DNA of 64,000 nt from an uncultured bacterium (GCA_964627035.1 CAZVKN010000001.1:131707-195706); one strand, 5' to 3'; shown: positions 26,893-36,728, numbered from the stretch's first letter. The notes: generated by a model from the letters alone, not told the origin. Numbers and translations: made by a program.

Positions 26893-26985
26893 CACACAAA
26901 GCTCGCAAAGTAACGCAAAGAACGCAAACATTAATAGTTAACAACCTTAGCAAGCTTAGCGGTACTTAGAACACTTTGCGTGAGA
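26893..26985 (+). repeat. intercistronic periodic inverted repeat (CGCAAAG units versus CTTAG/CTTTGCG units) ending in ACTTTGCGTGAGA
   Basis: Arm 1 is 26893-26929 (cacaaagc tcgcaaag taacgcaaag aacgcaaac). Arm 2 is 26946-26984 (cttagcaag cttagcggta cttagaaca ctttgcgtgag). It fills the nuoB-nuoC spacer. Confidence 0.7.
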
Positions 26986-26992
26986 TAAAATA

Positions 26993-27508
26993 ATGACAAT
27001 TCAGGAAATATTTAACCATTTAAAAAGCAAGCTGCCATCTGCAGAACTGACACTGGACGAAATTGAACCTGACGGTGCCATTCACATAAAAGCCGATGAT
27101 TTAGTGGAAGTGTGCATGGTTTTGAGAGATGACGAACAGTTGCAGTTCAGTTCGCTCATGTGTTTGTCTGGAATCGAGACCGCAGATAATCTTGCCACCG
27201 TTTATCATCTACATTCAATGACTCTGCTCCACAAAGTTACACTGGTGTGTGGAGATTCAAAGGAAGAAAAAGTACACATACCTTCGGTTTCCGGAGTCTG
27301 GGCTGCCGCTGATTGGCATGAGCGGGAAGCATACGACATGTACGGCATCATATATGACAGTCATCCCGACTTCAGGCGGATCCTTTGCCCGGATGATTGG
27401 GAAGGATTTCCTCTGAGAAAAGACTATGTCCCGCAGGACGTATGGCACGGGATACCACTGACAACCGATCTGCCACCTGACGCTGACAGAGAAGGTAAGA
27501 TGATATGA
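26993..27508 (+). CDS. nuoC: NADH-quinone oxidoreductase subunit C
   Basis: 171 aa with the [12 protein letters not shown]...HPD..RIL motif. Confidence 0.92.
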   Translation: MTIQEIFNHLKSKLPSAELTLDEIEPDGAIHIKADDLVEVCMVLRDDEQLQFSSLMCLSGIETADNLATVYHLHSMTLLHKVTLVCGDSKEEKVHIPSVSGVWAAADWHEREAYDMYGIIYDSHPDFRRILCPDDWEGFPLRKDYVPQDVWHGIPLTTDLPPDADREGKMI

Positions 27509-28707
27509 GCGAGAAGCAAGAACTGAATCTGTCCATCGGACCGGCTCCGGAGAAAATTCAAAAAGCACTGCAAGACTATGAGTACGCTCACGGTGAACCG
27601 ATGAAGGTACAGATGGGACCTCAGCATCCTGCAACTCATGGTGTACTGCGTGTTGAGCTTGAGACTGACGGTGAGATGATCCTGACGGGCACTCCACACA
27701 TAGGTTATCTTCACCGCTGCTTTGAGAAGGTCTGCGAGAATATGACTTGGGTACAGGTCGTACCATACACGGACAGACTTGACTACGTCTCCAGCATGAA
27801 CAACAACCTCGCTTATGTACTCGGTTGCGAGAAGCTGTTTGAGATTGAAGTGTCTGAACGTGTTCAAACAATCCGGGTACTTGTCTCAGAGCTGAACCGC
27901 CTCACTAACCACATGTTGGCAATCGGTGCTTACGGGCTTGACATCGGTGCCTGGACACCGTTCCTGTTCCTGATTCAGGAACGTGAGCATGTCCTTGATC
28001 TGTTTGAAGAACTGTGCGGTGGACGACTCCTTTACAATTACATCTGGATTGGTGGTCTGTCCCACGATATTCCTGACGGATGGCTCGGAAAAGTGCGCGA
28101 CTACCTGTCATATATGAAAGGTAAGATTGAAGAACTCAATACACTGTTGTCATTCAATAAGATATTCATCGAGAGATTAGCAAATGTTGCAGTAATCCCG
28201 GCGGATGTATGCATTCAATACGGTCTGACCGGACCGAACCTACGTGGTGCAGGTGTCAAGTGGGATCTCCGCAAGGATGAGCCTTATTCAGGATACGAAA
28301 CCTATGACTTCGAGATCCCGGTAGGAACCGGTGAATTTGGCACGGTCGGTGATTGCTTTGACCGCTATATCGTCCGTGTGCGTGAGATGGAACAATCACT
28401 ACGTATAATTGAACAGGCAACCGAACGGTTGGAAAAAATGCCCGGTGACGACGTGAAGGCGAACATTCCGAAGCGGTTGACGAAAGTGAATAAGGGGGAA
28501 GTTTACTTCCGCACTGAGCATCCAAAAGGGGAACTCGGTTTCTATATCGTCTCCAACGGCAAGGGTAAGCCGTACCGCCTGAAATGTCGGGCACCATCAT
28601 TCTGCTCGCTGTCAGTGATGTCAAAGATCGCACCCGGGCTGCTGATTGCGGATATGGTGGCACTGATCGGCTCAATTGATATAGTGTTAGGGGAGGTTGA
28701 CCGATGA
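27505..28707 (+). CDS. nuoD: NADH-quinone oxidoreductase subunit D
   Basis: 400 aa with [23 protein letters not shown] and a C-terminal LGEVDR. It overlaps nuoC and nuoH by 4 nt each. Confidence 0.95.
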   Translation: MSEKQELNLSIGPAPEKIQKALQDYEYAHGEPMKVQMGPQHPATHGVLRVELETDGEMILTGTPHIGYLHRCFEKVCENMTWVQVVPYTDRLDYVSSMNNNLAYVLGCEKLFEIEVSERVQTIRVLVSELNRLTNHMLAIGAYGLDIGAWTPFLFLIQEREHVLDLFEELCGGRLLYNYIWIGGLSHDIPDGWLGKVRDYLSYMKGKIEELNTLLSFNKIFIERLANVAVIPADVCIQYGLTGPNLRGAGVKWDLRKDEPYSGYETYDFEIPVGTGEFGTVGDCFDRYIVRVREMEQSLRIIEQATERLEKMPGDDVKANIPKRLTKVNKGEVYFRTEHPKGELGFYIVSNGKGKPYRLKCRAPSFCSLSVMSKIAPGLLIADMVALIGSIDIVLGEVDR

Positions 28708-29732
28708 ATGAGTGGATTGCACTTCTGTTATCAGTAGTTTACGTCATTGGCATTATGGGTTTTGTGTCCGTAATCGCTCTTATTGCAGTATGGCTTGAAC
28801 GGAAGGTTTCAGCACACATTCAGGATCGCTTGGGTCCTATGGAGACCGGGGGTTGGCACGGCTGGTCGCAGACAATTGCAGACGCTATCAAGTTGCTGCT
28901 GAAAGAAGACATAATTCCGGATGCAGCAGATAAGCCGTTGTTTAAAATGGCACCATACATCGTCTTTGCAGGGACGATGGCATCTTTTGCAGTACTCCCG
29001 CTCTCAGCAAACCTGATCGGCACTGATCTGAATATCGGTATCTACTACCTTGTAGCAGTATCCTCGTTGATTGTAGTCGGCTTGCTGATGGCTGGCTGGG
29101 CATCAAACAACAAATGGGCTCTTTACGGTGCGATGCGTGCTGCGGCGCAGATGGTCAGCTATGAGATCCCGGTAATGCTATCACTGCTGGTGCCGATTAT
29201 GATCGCTCAGTCAATGTCCATGCAGACACTGGTCAGCATTCAAGCGGGTGGATTCTGGAACTGGACTGTTTTCTCACATCTGCCGTTTGCGTTTATTGCG
29301 TTTGTGATTTACTACTGGGCAAGTCTGGCTGAAGTCAATCGTACACCGTTCGACTTGCCTGAAGGTGAGTCTGAGATCGTTGCCGGTTACAGTGTGGAGT
29401 ATTCAGGTATGCGATTCGCCATGTTCTTTCTGGCGGAGTTCGCCAATATGTTTGTGGTATCGGCAGTTGCTGTAACCGTATTTCTTGGTGGATGGCACGC
29501 TCCCTTCACGTTCCTCGAAGTGCCTGTCGAAACCAATCCGATTCTACATGCTGTTATTGGGTTGGGATGGTTTGCGAGTAAATCCATGCTGTTGGTGATC
29601 TCACAAATGTGGCTACGTTGGACACTCCCGAGGCTGCGCGTGGATCAATTGATGCACGTATGTTGGAAAGTGTTTCTACCATTTTCATTTGCGAATATCC
29701 TGTTGGTATCGTTGTGGATTGCGCTGAAGTGA
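28704..29732 (+). CDS. nuoH: NADH-quinone oxidoreductase subunit H
   Basis: 342 aa with WLERKVSAHIQDRLGP, ADAIKLL.KED and NRTPFDLPEGESEIVAGY. Confidence 0.95.
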   Translation: MNEWIALLLSVVYVIGIMGFVSVIALIAVWLERKVSAHIQDRLGPMETGGWHGWSQTIADAIKLLLKEDIIPDAADKPLFKMAPYIVFAGTMASFAVLPLSANLIGTDLNIGIYYLVAVSSLIVVGLLMAGWASNNKWALYGAMRAAAQMVSYEIPVMLSLLVPIMIAQSMSMQTLVSIQAGGFWNWTVFSHLPFAFIAFVIYYWASLAEVNRTPFDLPEGESEIVAGYSVEYSGMRFAMFFLAEFANMFVVSAVAVTVFLGGWHAPFTFLEVPVETNPILHAVIGLGWFASKSMLLVISQMWLRWTLPRLRVDQLMHVCWKVFLPFSFANILLVSLWIALK

Positions 29733-29808
29733 TCCTAACAATAAGAGAATCAAGTTTATAGCAGAATTGATTAATATAAATGTGTAAAGTAAAACTTTCA
29801 GAAAGATT

Positions 29809-29840
29809 CCTTGGCGTCTTTGCGACTTTGCGTGAGACAA
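29809..29840 (+). repeat. phased octamer array (ccttggcg tctttgcg actttgcg tgagacaa) just upstream of nuoI
   Basis: 8-nt periodic units. The last 13 nt (ACTTTGCGTGAGA, 29825-29837) are identical to 26973-26985 upstream of nuoC. Confidence 0.7.
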
Positions 29841-29847
29841 TAAAACT

Positions 29848-30534
29848 ATGAGTGCATATTTTCGTGACGTCTGGCTTGGTGTGACTACCGTGATGGCGGG
29901 GATGTTGGTGACATTCAAGCACCTGTTTGAGAAAAACATCACCATTCAATATCCGCGCGTCAAAAAAGAGATGTACCCCATCTCCCGGGCGAGTCTGATA
30001 AACCATGTTGACGAGTGCGGCTATTGCCTGGCATGCCAAATAGCCTGTCCGGTCAACATTTTCACCATTAAAGGAGCACGCAAAAATGACGAAGAAGATT
30101 TGGGCATGCTTCCTGATGGTAAAGAAAAAAAGACGCATATCGTTCACTTTGAGATTGATATGTCAAAGTGTGTCTATTGCGGACTGTGCGTTGAAGCCTG
30201 TGAAACCGAATCACTGAGGTGGGAACAACCGCAGGAAGAGTGCACCTTCACTCGTCAGGGGATGACAAGCTTCTGGTCTGATTTCGATACTCAGAAAGAG
30301 CGGGATGCAATGCTAAAACGCGAAGAAGAGCGAAAAGCTGCCGCGAAGAAGGCTCGCGCTGAAGCTGCTGCTGCAAAAAAGGCTAAGGCAAAAGCCAAAA
30401 AAGAAGCTGCTGCGAAAGCTGCTTCTGAAGAAGTAAAGGATGAAGTGAAAGCCAAGCCGAAGAGTGAAGATGTTGAACCGAAAGACCAAACTACTGAAGA
30501 AGAAGCTAAACCTTCAGAACAGAAATCGGAATAA
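29848..30534 (+). CDS. nuoI: NADH-quinone oxidoreductase subunit I with a Lys/Ala/Glu-rich C-terminal extension
   Basis: 228 aa with two 4Fe-4S motifs (CGYCLACQIACP and CVYCGLCVEACE). A low-complexity tail of about 78 aa follows (KREEERKAAAKKARAEAAAAKKAKAKAKKEAAAK...). Confidence 0.9.
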   Translation: MSAYFRDVWLGVTTVMAGMLVTFKHLFEKNITIQYPRVKKEMYPISRASLINHVDECGYCLACQIACPVNIFTIKGARKNDEEDLGMLPDGKEKKTHIVHFEIDMSKCVYCGLCVEACETESLRWEQPQEECTFTRQGMTSFWSDFDTQKERDAMLKREEERKAAAKKARAEAAAAKKAKAKAKKEAAAKAASEEVKDEVKAKPKSEDVEPKDQTTEEEAKPSEQKSE

Positions 30535-30543
30535 ACAGCAAAT

Positions 30544-31053
30544 ATGGACATATTAAATAACATAGTTTTCTGGTTCATTGTGGCATTGACCATCGGTTCA
30601 GCAATCGTGGTTGTGTTCCACAAACGGATCATTTATAGCGCATTTGCACTGCTGTTCACCTTTATAGGTGTAGCAGCACTATATCTCTATCTAACAGCAG
30701 ATTTTCTGGCTGCATCTCAATTGCTGATTTATGTTGGCGGAATTCTGACACTGATAATTTTCGGTGTGTTTATGACATCCAAAATCCAGGCACTCGACAT
30801 GTCGCAGCAGACACACCAGAGAATTGCTGCTCTGATCCCGGCAATACTCATCCTCGCCGGGTTGGGTTGGGTTATAACCAAAACCCCGTGGGCTTTGAAC
30901 ATGTCGGCAGGTGAACCGACTACGCAGGCATTGGGTAAACTGTTGCTGACCCGCTATCTCGTGCCTTTTGAAGCTGCATCCATCTTGCTGCTTGCTGCTC
31001 TGATCGGAGCCATGCAATTGACAAGATATTACCGTCACAAGGAGGATGAGTAA
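30544..31053 (+). CDS. nuoJ: NADH-quinone oxidoreductase subunit J
   Basis: 169 aa with five TM segments and YVGGILTLIIFGV. The position in the operon fits. Confidence 0.88.
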   Translation: MDILNNIVFWFIVALTIGSAIVVVFHKRIIYSAFALLFTFIGVAALYLYLTADFLAASQLLIYVGGILTLIIFGVFMTSKIQALDMSQQTHQRIAALIPAILILAGLGWVITKTPWALNMSAGEPTTQALGKLLLTRYLVPFEAASILLLAALIGAMQLTRYYRHKEDE

Positions 31054-31360
31054 TATGCACGACCTGAGTACATATCTTCTTATTTCACTTGTCCTGTTTG
31101 TGCTGGGAATGATCGCCGTTATGACGCGCAAGAACGCAGTGTCAATTTTGATGGGGGTGGAGCTGATTTTGAACTCTGCCGGACTGAACTTCGTGGCATT
31201 TAGCAAATTTTCCAGTGGGAATCTTGACGGTCAGGCTGCAGCACTGTTCGTGGTCATTATCGCCGCTGCTGAAGCGGCGGTCGCACTGGCGATCTTCCTC
31301 AACCTATACAGGCTCAAGGCAACAGCTGAAGTTGACAAAGCCGATATACTTCAGGGTTAG
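31046..31360 (+). CDS. nuoK: NADH-quinone oxidoreductase subunit K
   Basis: 104 aa with MGVELILNSAGLNFV and AAAEAAVALAI motifs. Confidence 0.92.
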   Translation: MSNMHDLSTYLLISLVLFVLGMIAVMTRKNAVSILMGVELILNSAGLNFVAFSKFSSGNLDGQAAALFVVIIAAAEAAVALAIFLNLYRLKATAEVDKADILQG

Positions 31361-31364
31361 ATAG

Positions 31365-33551
31365 ATGAGTGAATTAATACAATTACCCGAGAATATTCGG
31401 ATGTTTCAGATAGCAATTTACATTCTGCTTGCACCATTAGTAGCATTTGCCATCAATATCTTCTTCGGTAAGAAGCTTCCCCACAAAGGCAACTGGGTTA
31501 GCCTGATCGCTATCTGGTCGGGGCTGTTTGCATCCTGCTACCTGTTTTTCAGGTATGTTATCGGTATTTACGAACCCGGTTTCAACGAAACACTTTCCAT
31601 TGAGTGGCTGACTTGGGGAGATTACAAGCTTGTCATCGGCATTACACTTGACAACATGGCAATCGTCATGTTAGTGGTCGTGACGCTCGTATCAGCGGTG
31701 GTTCACCTTTTCAGTGTTGGCTACATGCATGGCGATCCCAAATATCACCGTTTCTTTGCGTTCCTATCACTTTTTAGTTTCAGTATGTTGGGATTGGTGT
31801 TAGCGGATAACATCCTGATCATATATGCATTCTGGGAGCTGGTGGGTCTATCATCATATCTGCTGATTGGATTTTGGCACGAGAAGGATTCTGCTTCGGA
31901 CGCTGCGAAGAAAGCGTTCGTTGTCAACCGTGTGGGTGATGCCGGGATGCTGATCGGAATACTGTTAGTTTTCACAACTCTCGGTACATTGAACCTTCAC
32001 GAAATAGCCGATGGTGTATCTCAAGGTTTATTAACTGGTGGTCTGCTTACAATTGCAGGATTGTGCCTGTTCTGTGGTGCTGTCGGTAAATCAGCGCAGG
32101 TTCCACTGCATGTTTGGCTACCGGATGCAATGGAAGGTCCCACGCCGGTTTCAGCGTTAATCCACGCAGCAACGATGGTTGCAGCTGGAGTCTACCTGGT
32201 AGCACGTTTGTTTGTGATCCTGACTTTTGATGCCTCAGTCGTAATTGCCTATGTTGGTGGATTTACAGCACTGTTTGCTGCAACAATTGCGGTTGCACAA
32301 TATGACATTAAGCGTGTACTTGCCTATTCCACTCTCTCACAACTTGGATATATGGTTATGGCACTTGGTGCCGGATCGTACATGGCTGGATTCTTCCATT
32401 TGACTACTCATGCCATGTTCAAGGCGTGTCTGTTCCTCGGATCCGGTTCTGTTATCCACGCTATGCACATTGCACTACATCACATCCATAGCGATGATGA
32501 TCCACAGGATATGCGTTTCATGGGGGGAATAAAGAAGCACCTTCCGTTAACTTTCATAACGTTCATGATTGCTACGGTTGCATTATCGGGAGTACCGCTG
32601 ACTTCAGGCTTCCTGTCAAAAGACGCAATTCTCGGTGGAACGTTAGCGTTTTCAATGTTACATCCTCAGCATTGGCTGCTTCCTGTGTTCGGATTTTCCG
32701 CTGCGATTCTGACAGCGTTCTATATGTTCCGCTTGGTGTACATGACGTTCTTCGGTGAGTTCCGTCCCGGTAAGGAAGCCGAGAGTCAACTGCATGAATC
32801 ACCATTGACGATGACTTTCCCACTGGTTATACTGGCAACACTCAGCACCTTCATCTTCTTCAGCCTTAATCCGGCAAATCCGGCATCCGGTTGGTTCGGA
32901 CAGCTATTCCCCGATCCACCTCGCGCATATGAGAATGCTCATGTTGACGAGCACATTATGCCTGCAGGAGCTGAAGAGGCTCTCAATCACGACATTGATA
33001 AAAATGTCCTGAAGCATCACACTGATGAGACTGATCATGCAGTCGCTGAATCACACGGATCCGGTCACGATGAGCATATTGAGCACATTCACCATGTCGC
33101 TCACACGCGAGCGATGATCCTCTCGATTATTCTGGCGACACTCGGAATCCTAATCGCTACATGGGGATACTATTGGAAGAAGACCAATCCAGATGATTGG
33201 AAGAAGCGGTTGGGTGTCATCTATCAAGGAATGTTCAACAAGTGGTGGACTGACGAGATATACGATGCGACCGTCGTTAGGGGAACAATCGGGTTTGCGA
33301 AACTTATGGCACTGTTTGATCAATATGTTATTGATGGAATTGTCCATGGGGCTGCTTGGATATGGAGGCTTTTAGCGGTCGTTCACGGCTGGTTTGACAA
33401 CAACATCGTGGATGGATTGGTTAACCTGGCTGCATGGATCATAGGGATTCTCGGACGGATTGTCCGAGTGTTCCAGGGAGGTCAGATTCAAAGATATGTA
33501 TGGTACACCCTGGTACTTGTGGGGCTATTTATTGTGATTAAGGTGTTTTAG
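31365..33551 (+). CDS. nuoL: NADH-quinone oxidoreductase subunit L with a His-rich insertion
   Basis: 728 aa with FWELVGLSSYLLIGFW, GKSAQVPLHVWLPDAMEGPTPVSALIHAATMV and a C-terminal lateral-helix region (FDQYVIDGIVHG). The His-rich loop is encoded at 32940-33110. Confidence 0.93.
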   Translation: MSELIQLPENIRMFQIAIYILLAPLVAFAINIFFGKKLPHKGNWVSLIAIWSGLFASCYLFFRYVIGIYEPGFNETLSIEWLTWGDYKLVIGITLDNMAIVMLVVVTLVSAVVHLFSVGYMHGDPKYHRFFAFLSLFSFSMLGLVLADNILIIYAFWELVGLSSYLLIGFWHEKDSASDAAKKAFVVNRVGDAGMLIGILLVFTTLGTLNLHEIADGVSQGLLTGGLLTIAGLCLFCGAVGKSAQVPLHVWLPDAMEGPTPVSALIHAATMVAAGVYLVARLFVILTFDASVVIAYVGGFTALFAATIAVAQYDIKRVLAYSTLSQLGYMVMALGAGSYMAGFFHLTTHAMFKACLFLGSGSVIHAMHIALHHIHSDDDPQDMRFMGGIKKHLPLTFITFMIATVALSGVPLTSGFLSKDAILGGTLAFSMLHPQHWLLPVFGFSAAILTAFYMFRLVYMTFFGEFRPGKEAESQLHESPLTMTFPLVILATLSTFIFFSLNPANPASGWFGQLFPDPPRAYENAHVDEHIMPAGAEEALNHDIDKNVLKHHTDETDHAVAESHGSGHDEHIEHIHHVAHTRAMILSIILATLGILIATWGYYWKKTNPDDWKKRLGVIYQGMFNKWWTDEIYDATVVRGTIGFAKLMALFDQYVIDGIVHGAAWIWRLLAVVHGWFDNNIVDGLVNLAAWIIGILGRIVRVFQGGQIQRYVWYTLVLVGLFIVIKVF

Positions 33552-33620
33552 TATTTTGATATTATTAGATTTCTAAGAAATAACAACTCTCATTAACGAG
33601 ATATAAATATACACACGCTT

Positions 33621-35141
33621 ATGGGTCCGCTGACATTTATTACATTCTTACCGGCGGTCGGTGCTGTAATCATCGCCTGCCTGCCGCGTAACAATCACAA
33701 ATTGATCCAATACACCGCACTGTTTTTTGCTGCGGTAGTAATGATCATTGCGTTTTCACTGTATCCGCAGTTTGACAAAGGTGCGGTCGGAATTAACGAT
33801 CCAAACAGTTTCCAGTTCGTGGAGAAGGCTTCATGGATTGAGATGTTCCACGTTGACTATTTCGTCGGAGTGGACGGTCTGTCATTCCCGATGATCCTGC
33901 TGACTGCGCTACTCAGTTTCCTGTGCATTCCGGCATCATTTGGGATTAAGAAGGGAGTTAAAGGATACTTTGCCCTGTTCCTCCTTCTCGAAACTGGAAT
34001 GTTGGGGACATTCGTAGCACTCGATTTTTTCCTGTTCTATGTTTTCTGGGAGGTGATGCTGCTGCCGATGTATTTCCTGATCGGAATCTGGGGAGGTCCG
34101 AGACGTGTTTACGCTGCGATAAAGTTCTTTATCTATACCTTGATTGGATCGGTGCTGATGTTGATCGTGATGCTGGTATTTTACTTTAACATATCAGATC
34201 CGATCACTGGAACACACACCTTCAATATGCTGCACATGATGAATTCCTCGAATCATAGCGGTATCATGCTGGTAAATTCGTTCAAGGTGCTGTTGTTCTT
34301 CGGGTTGTATATCGGATTTGCGATTAAAATTCCGGCATTCCCGTTCCATACCTGGCTGCCGGATGCACATGTTGAAGCACCGACTGCTGTTTCGGTCATT
34401 CTTGCGGGTGTTCTGCTAAAGATGGGAACTTACGGTCTCCTACGGATCACTTACCCGATACTACCTGAGACCACGAAAGAATTCGCCTGGTTCATTGCAC
34501 TGATCGGAGTGATAAACATCATCTACGGTGCGTTCTGTGCTATGGCACAGAAGGATCTGAAGAAGCTGGTGGCGTACAGCTCAATTTCTCACATGGGATT
34601 TGTCATGCTTGCGATGGCTTCGTTCACCCCAGCAGGAATGAACGGGGCAGTCCTGCAGATGTTCAATCACGGCACAATCACTGCAATGTTATTCCTCTTG
34701 GTAGGTGTTATCTACGACCGGGCGCATCACCGTCAGATAGACGGTTTCGGTGGAATCGCCAATGTTATGCCGCGTTATCTCGGAGTGACTGCGCTGGCAT
34801 TCTTTGCATCATTGGGACTGCCGGGACTATCCGGATTTATATCTGAAATAATGTGCTTTATCGGTGCATTCTCCGAATGGAGAACCTTCACTATTATCGC
34901 TATCGGAGGCATCATCATCACCGCTGCATATCTGTTGTGGACGCTGCAACGGATATTCTTCGGAGAAACTAACCCGAAATATGAGACGATCACGGATATA
35001 AACGGTCGTGAGCTGTTCACGCTGCTTCCGCTCGCTGCAATTGTGCTGGTACTTGGGGTGTATCCTCATCTCGTGCTGGGACTTATGAACAGTTCGATGA
35101 CATACCTCGGTCAGTTGATCCAAACTACGGTTGCGCTATGA
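33621..35141 (+). CDS. nuoM: NADH-quinone oxidoreductase subunit M
   Basis: 506 aa with FFLFYVFWEVMLLPMYFLIGIWGG, FPFHTWLPDAHVEAPTAVSVILAGVLLKMG and LKKLVAYSSISHMGF. Confidence 0.93.
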   Translation: MGPLTFITFLPAVGAVIIACLPRNNHKLIQYTALFFAAVVMIIAFSLYPQFDKGAVGINDPNSFQFVEKASWIEMFHVDYFVGVDGLSFPMILLTALLSFLCIPASFGIKKGVKGYFALFLLLETGMLGTFVALDFFLFYVFWEVMLLPMYFLIGIWGGPRRVYAAIKFFIYTLIGSVLMLIVMLVFYFNISDPITGTHTFNMLHMMNSSNHSGIMLVNSFKVLLFFGLYIGFAIKIPAFPFHTWLPDAHVEAPTAVSVILAGVLLKMGTYGLLRITYPILPETTKEFAWFIALIGVINIIYGAFCAMAQKDLKKLVAYSSISHMGFVMLAMASFTPAGMNGAVLQMFNHGTITAMLFLLVGVIYDRAHHRQIDGFGGIANVMPRYLGVTALAFFASLGLPGLSGFISEIMCFIGAFSEWRTFTIIAIGGIIITAAYLLWTLQRIFFGETNPKYETITDINGRELFTLLPLAAIVLVLGVYPHLVLGLMNSSMTYLGQLIQTTVAL

Positions 35142-36604
35142 ACCCGATCACTTTGAATGTGAATCTGGTGCCGTTGATTCCGGAATTGACGCTGATCGGC
35201 GGGTTGTTGGTGTTGCTGGTGATTGACTTGATTGTACGCTGGCAGCGTGGTGTAACGTTAGCGGTCGGCGGTTCTATTCTGCTGGTGGTGATTGCCGTCA
35301 TAACACTATCCGGTGACAATAACGTCGGCAGCTACCTGTTCGGAGCGGTTGTTCAGGACGGTGTCACCTCGTTCTTCCGTCTGTTTTTCGTGCTGGCGAC
35401 AATAATATCTATCGGGATTTTGGTGTTCAGCTTTCCCAAAAGTGGTGAACCGTTCCTGTTGATTCTGTCCGGTGTGCTTGGGATGTTCCTGCTTGCCGGA
35501 TCAAACGACTTGGTCACTCTGTTTGTCGCACTTGAGTTGGTATCCATCCCGTCTTATGTATTGGCAGGCTATCGCAAAAACGACTCAAGATCGGGTGAAG
35601 CAGCGCTGAAATATGTGCTGTTCGGTGCTCTCTCTTCGGGACTGATGCTGTATGGATTCTCACTGCTGTATGGGCTTACAGGTGCAACCAATCTTCCTGC
35701 GATGGCTCAGAAATTGGCTTCCCTTCCGAACGGCAGCAGCATGGCTCATCTGGCTGGTTTGATACTTGTGCTGGCTGGAATCGGTTACAAGATAGCGATG
35801 GTGCCGTTTCATTTCTGGTGCCCGGATGTGTACGAAGGCTCCCCTACTCCGGTGACTGCATTCTTCTCGGTCGTGCCGAAAGCAGCCGGAATTGCAGCAT
35901 TGATCCGGTTAATGCCTGTTTTCAATACACTTGAACCGATATATGGTGTCACATCAGTTGGGCTGATTACACTGGCGTCGGCAGTAACCATGACATTCGG
36001 CAACCTCGGTGCAATCTGGCAGGACAGTCTGAAAAGGTTGTTAGCATACTCTTCCATTGCCCATGCCGGATACATACTGATGGGATTTGCAGTGATGGCT
36101 GCATTCCCACACGGTGAGATCCACACGTTCGCTCTGCAAGCAATATTGTTCTATCTCGTTGTCTATCTGTTTATGAACCTCGGTGCATTTCTGATCATTG
36201 ATATGGTTGAACGGAAGCTCGGTGGTGATGGGATACACCTCTTCAAGGGACTCGGCAAAAGCAGTCCATTGGTAGCACTGGCATTTGCAGTATTATTGTT
36301 CAGCCTGATAGGACTACCACCGCTGGCTGGATTCATCGGAAAGTTCTACCTGTTTGCTGCACTGGTTAAAGGGAAGCTGTGGGGACTCGCAATGATAGGA
36401 ATTGCAAACTCAGTTGTAGCGATGTTTTACTATGTGCGCATCATCCGGGATATGTTCCTGCACGATCCTGACGAGGATGCAGCTCCGGTCACGGTTAACT
36501 TCGGCAAACTGTCGGCAGTTTTGGCTTTGGTCACGGTAGTTCCGACACTGATTCTCGGTGTGTGGTGGGGTCCACTGGCTGAGTGGATTAAGTCAATGGT
36601 GTAG
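35138..36604 (+). CDS. nuoN: NADH-quinone oxidoreductase subunit N
   Basis: 488 aa with LFVALELVSIPSY, VPFHFWCPDVYEGSPTPVTAF and LKRLLAYSSIAHAGY. It overlaps nuoM by 4 nt. Confidence 0.92.
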   Translation: MNPITLNVNLVPLIPELTLIGGLLVLLVIDLIVRWQRGVTLAVGGSILLVVIAVITLSGDNNVGSYLFGAVVQDGVTSFFRLFFVLATIISIGILVFSFPKSGEPFLLILSGVLGMFLLAGSNDLVTLFVALELVSIPSYVLAGYRKNDSRSGEAALKYVLFGALSSGLMLYGFSLLYGLTGATNLPAMAQKLASLPNGSSMAHLAGLILVLAGIGYKIAMVPFHFWCPDVYEGSPTPVTAFFSVVPKAAGIAALIRLMPVFNTLEPIYGVTSVGLITLASAVTMTFGNLGAIWQDSLKRLLAYSSIAHAGYILMGFAVMAAFPHGEIHTFALQAILFYLVVYLFMNLGAFLIIDMVERKLGGDGIHLFKGLGKSSPLVALAFAVLLFSLIGLPPLAGFIGKFYLFAALVKGKLWGLAMIGIANSVVAMFYYVRIIRDMFLHDPDEDAAPVTVNFGKLSAVLALVTVVPTLILGVWWGPLAEWIKSMV

Positions 36605-36623
36605 ATATAATCAGCAGAAATTG

Positions 36624-36662
36624 AAAAGCCGATTCGGAACATTCCGGATCGGCTTTTCTTTG
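36624..36662 (+). terminator. Rho-independent terminator of the nuo operon
   Basis: Stem aaaagccgat / atcggctttt (36624-36633 and 36648-36657), followed by a T-rich tract (ttttctttgg). It lies 20 nt after the nuoN stop. Confidence 0.75.
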
Positions 36663-36728
36663 GTTCTTCGCTGTTTTATGTTGGTAAACATTGAATCATA
36701 GATTCACATTTCTCACTTTCTAACTTTG

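Noticed and set aside
27257-27871. 204-aa and 147-aa minus-strand ORFs across nuoC/nuoD. Similar cases are 29554..30147, 30291..30632 and 30691..31206 (antisense to nuoH-nuoK) and 31745..31975, 32572..32823 and 34775..35123 (antisense to nuoL/nuoM).
   Set aside because: They are antisense to genes with unmistakable Nuo motifs. They have no motifs of their own and look like typical shadow frames.
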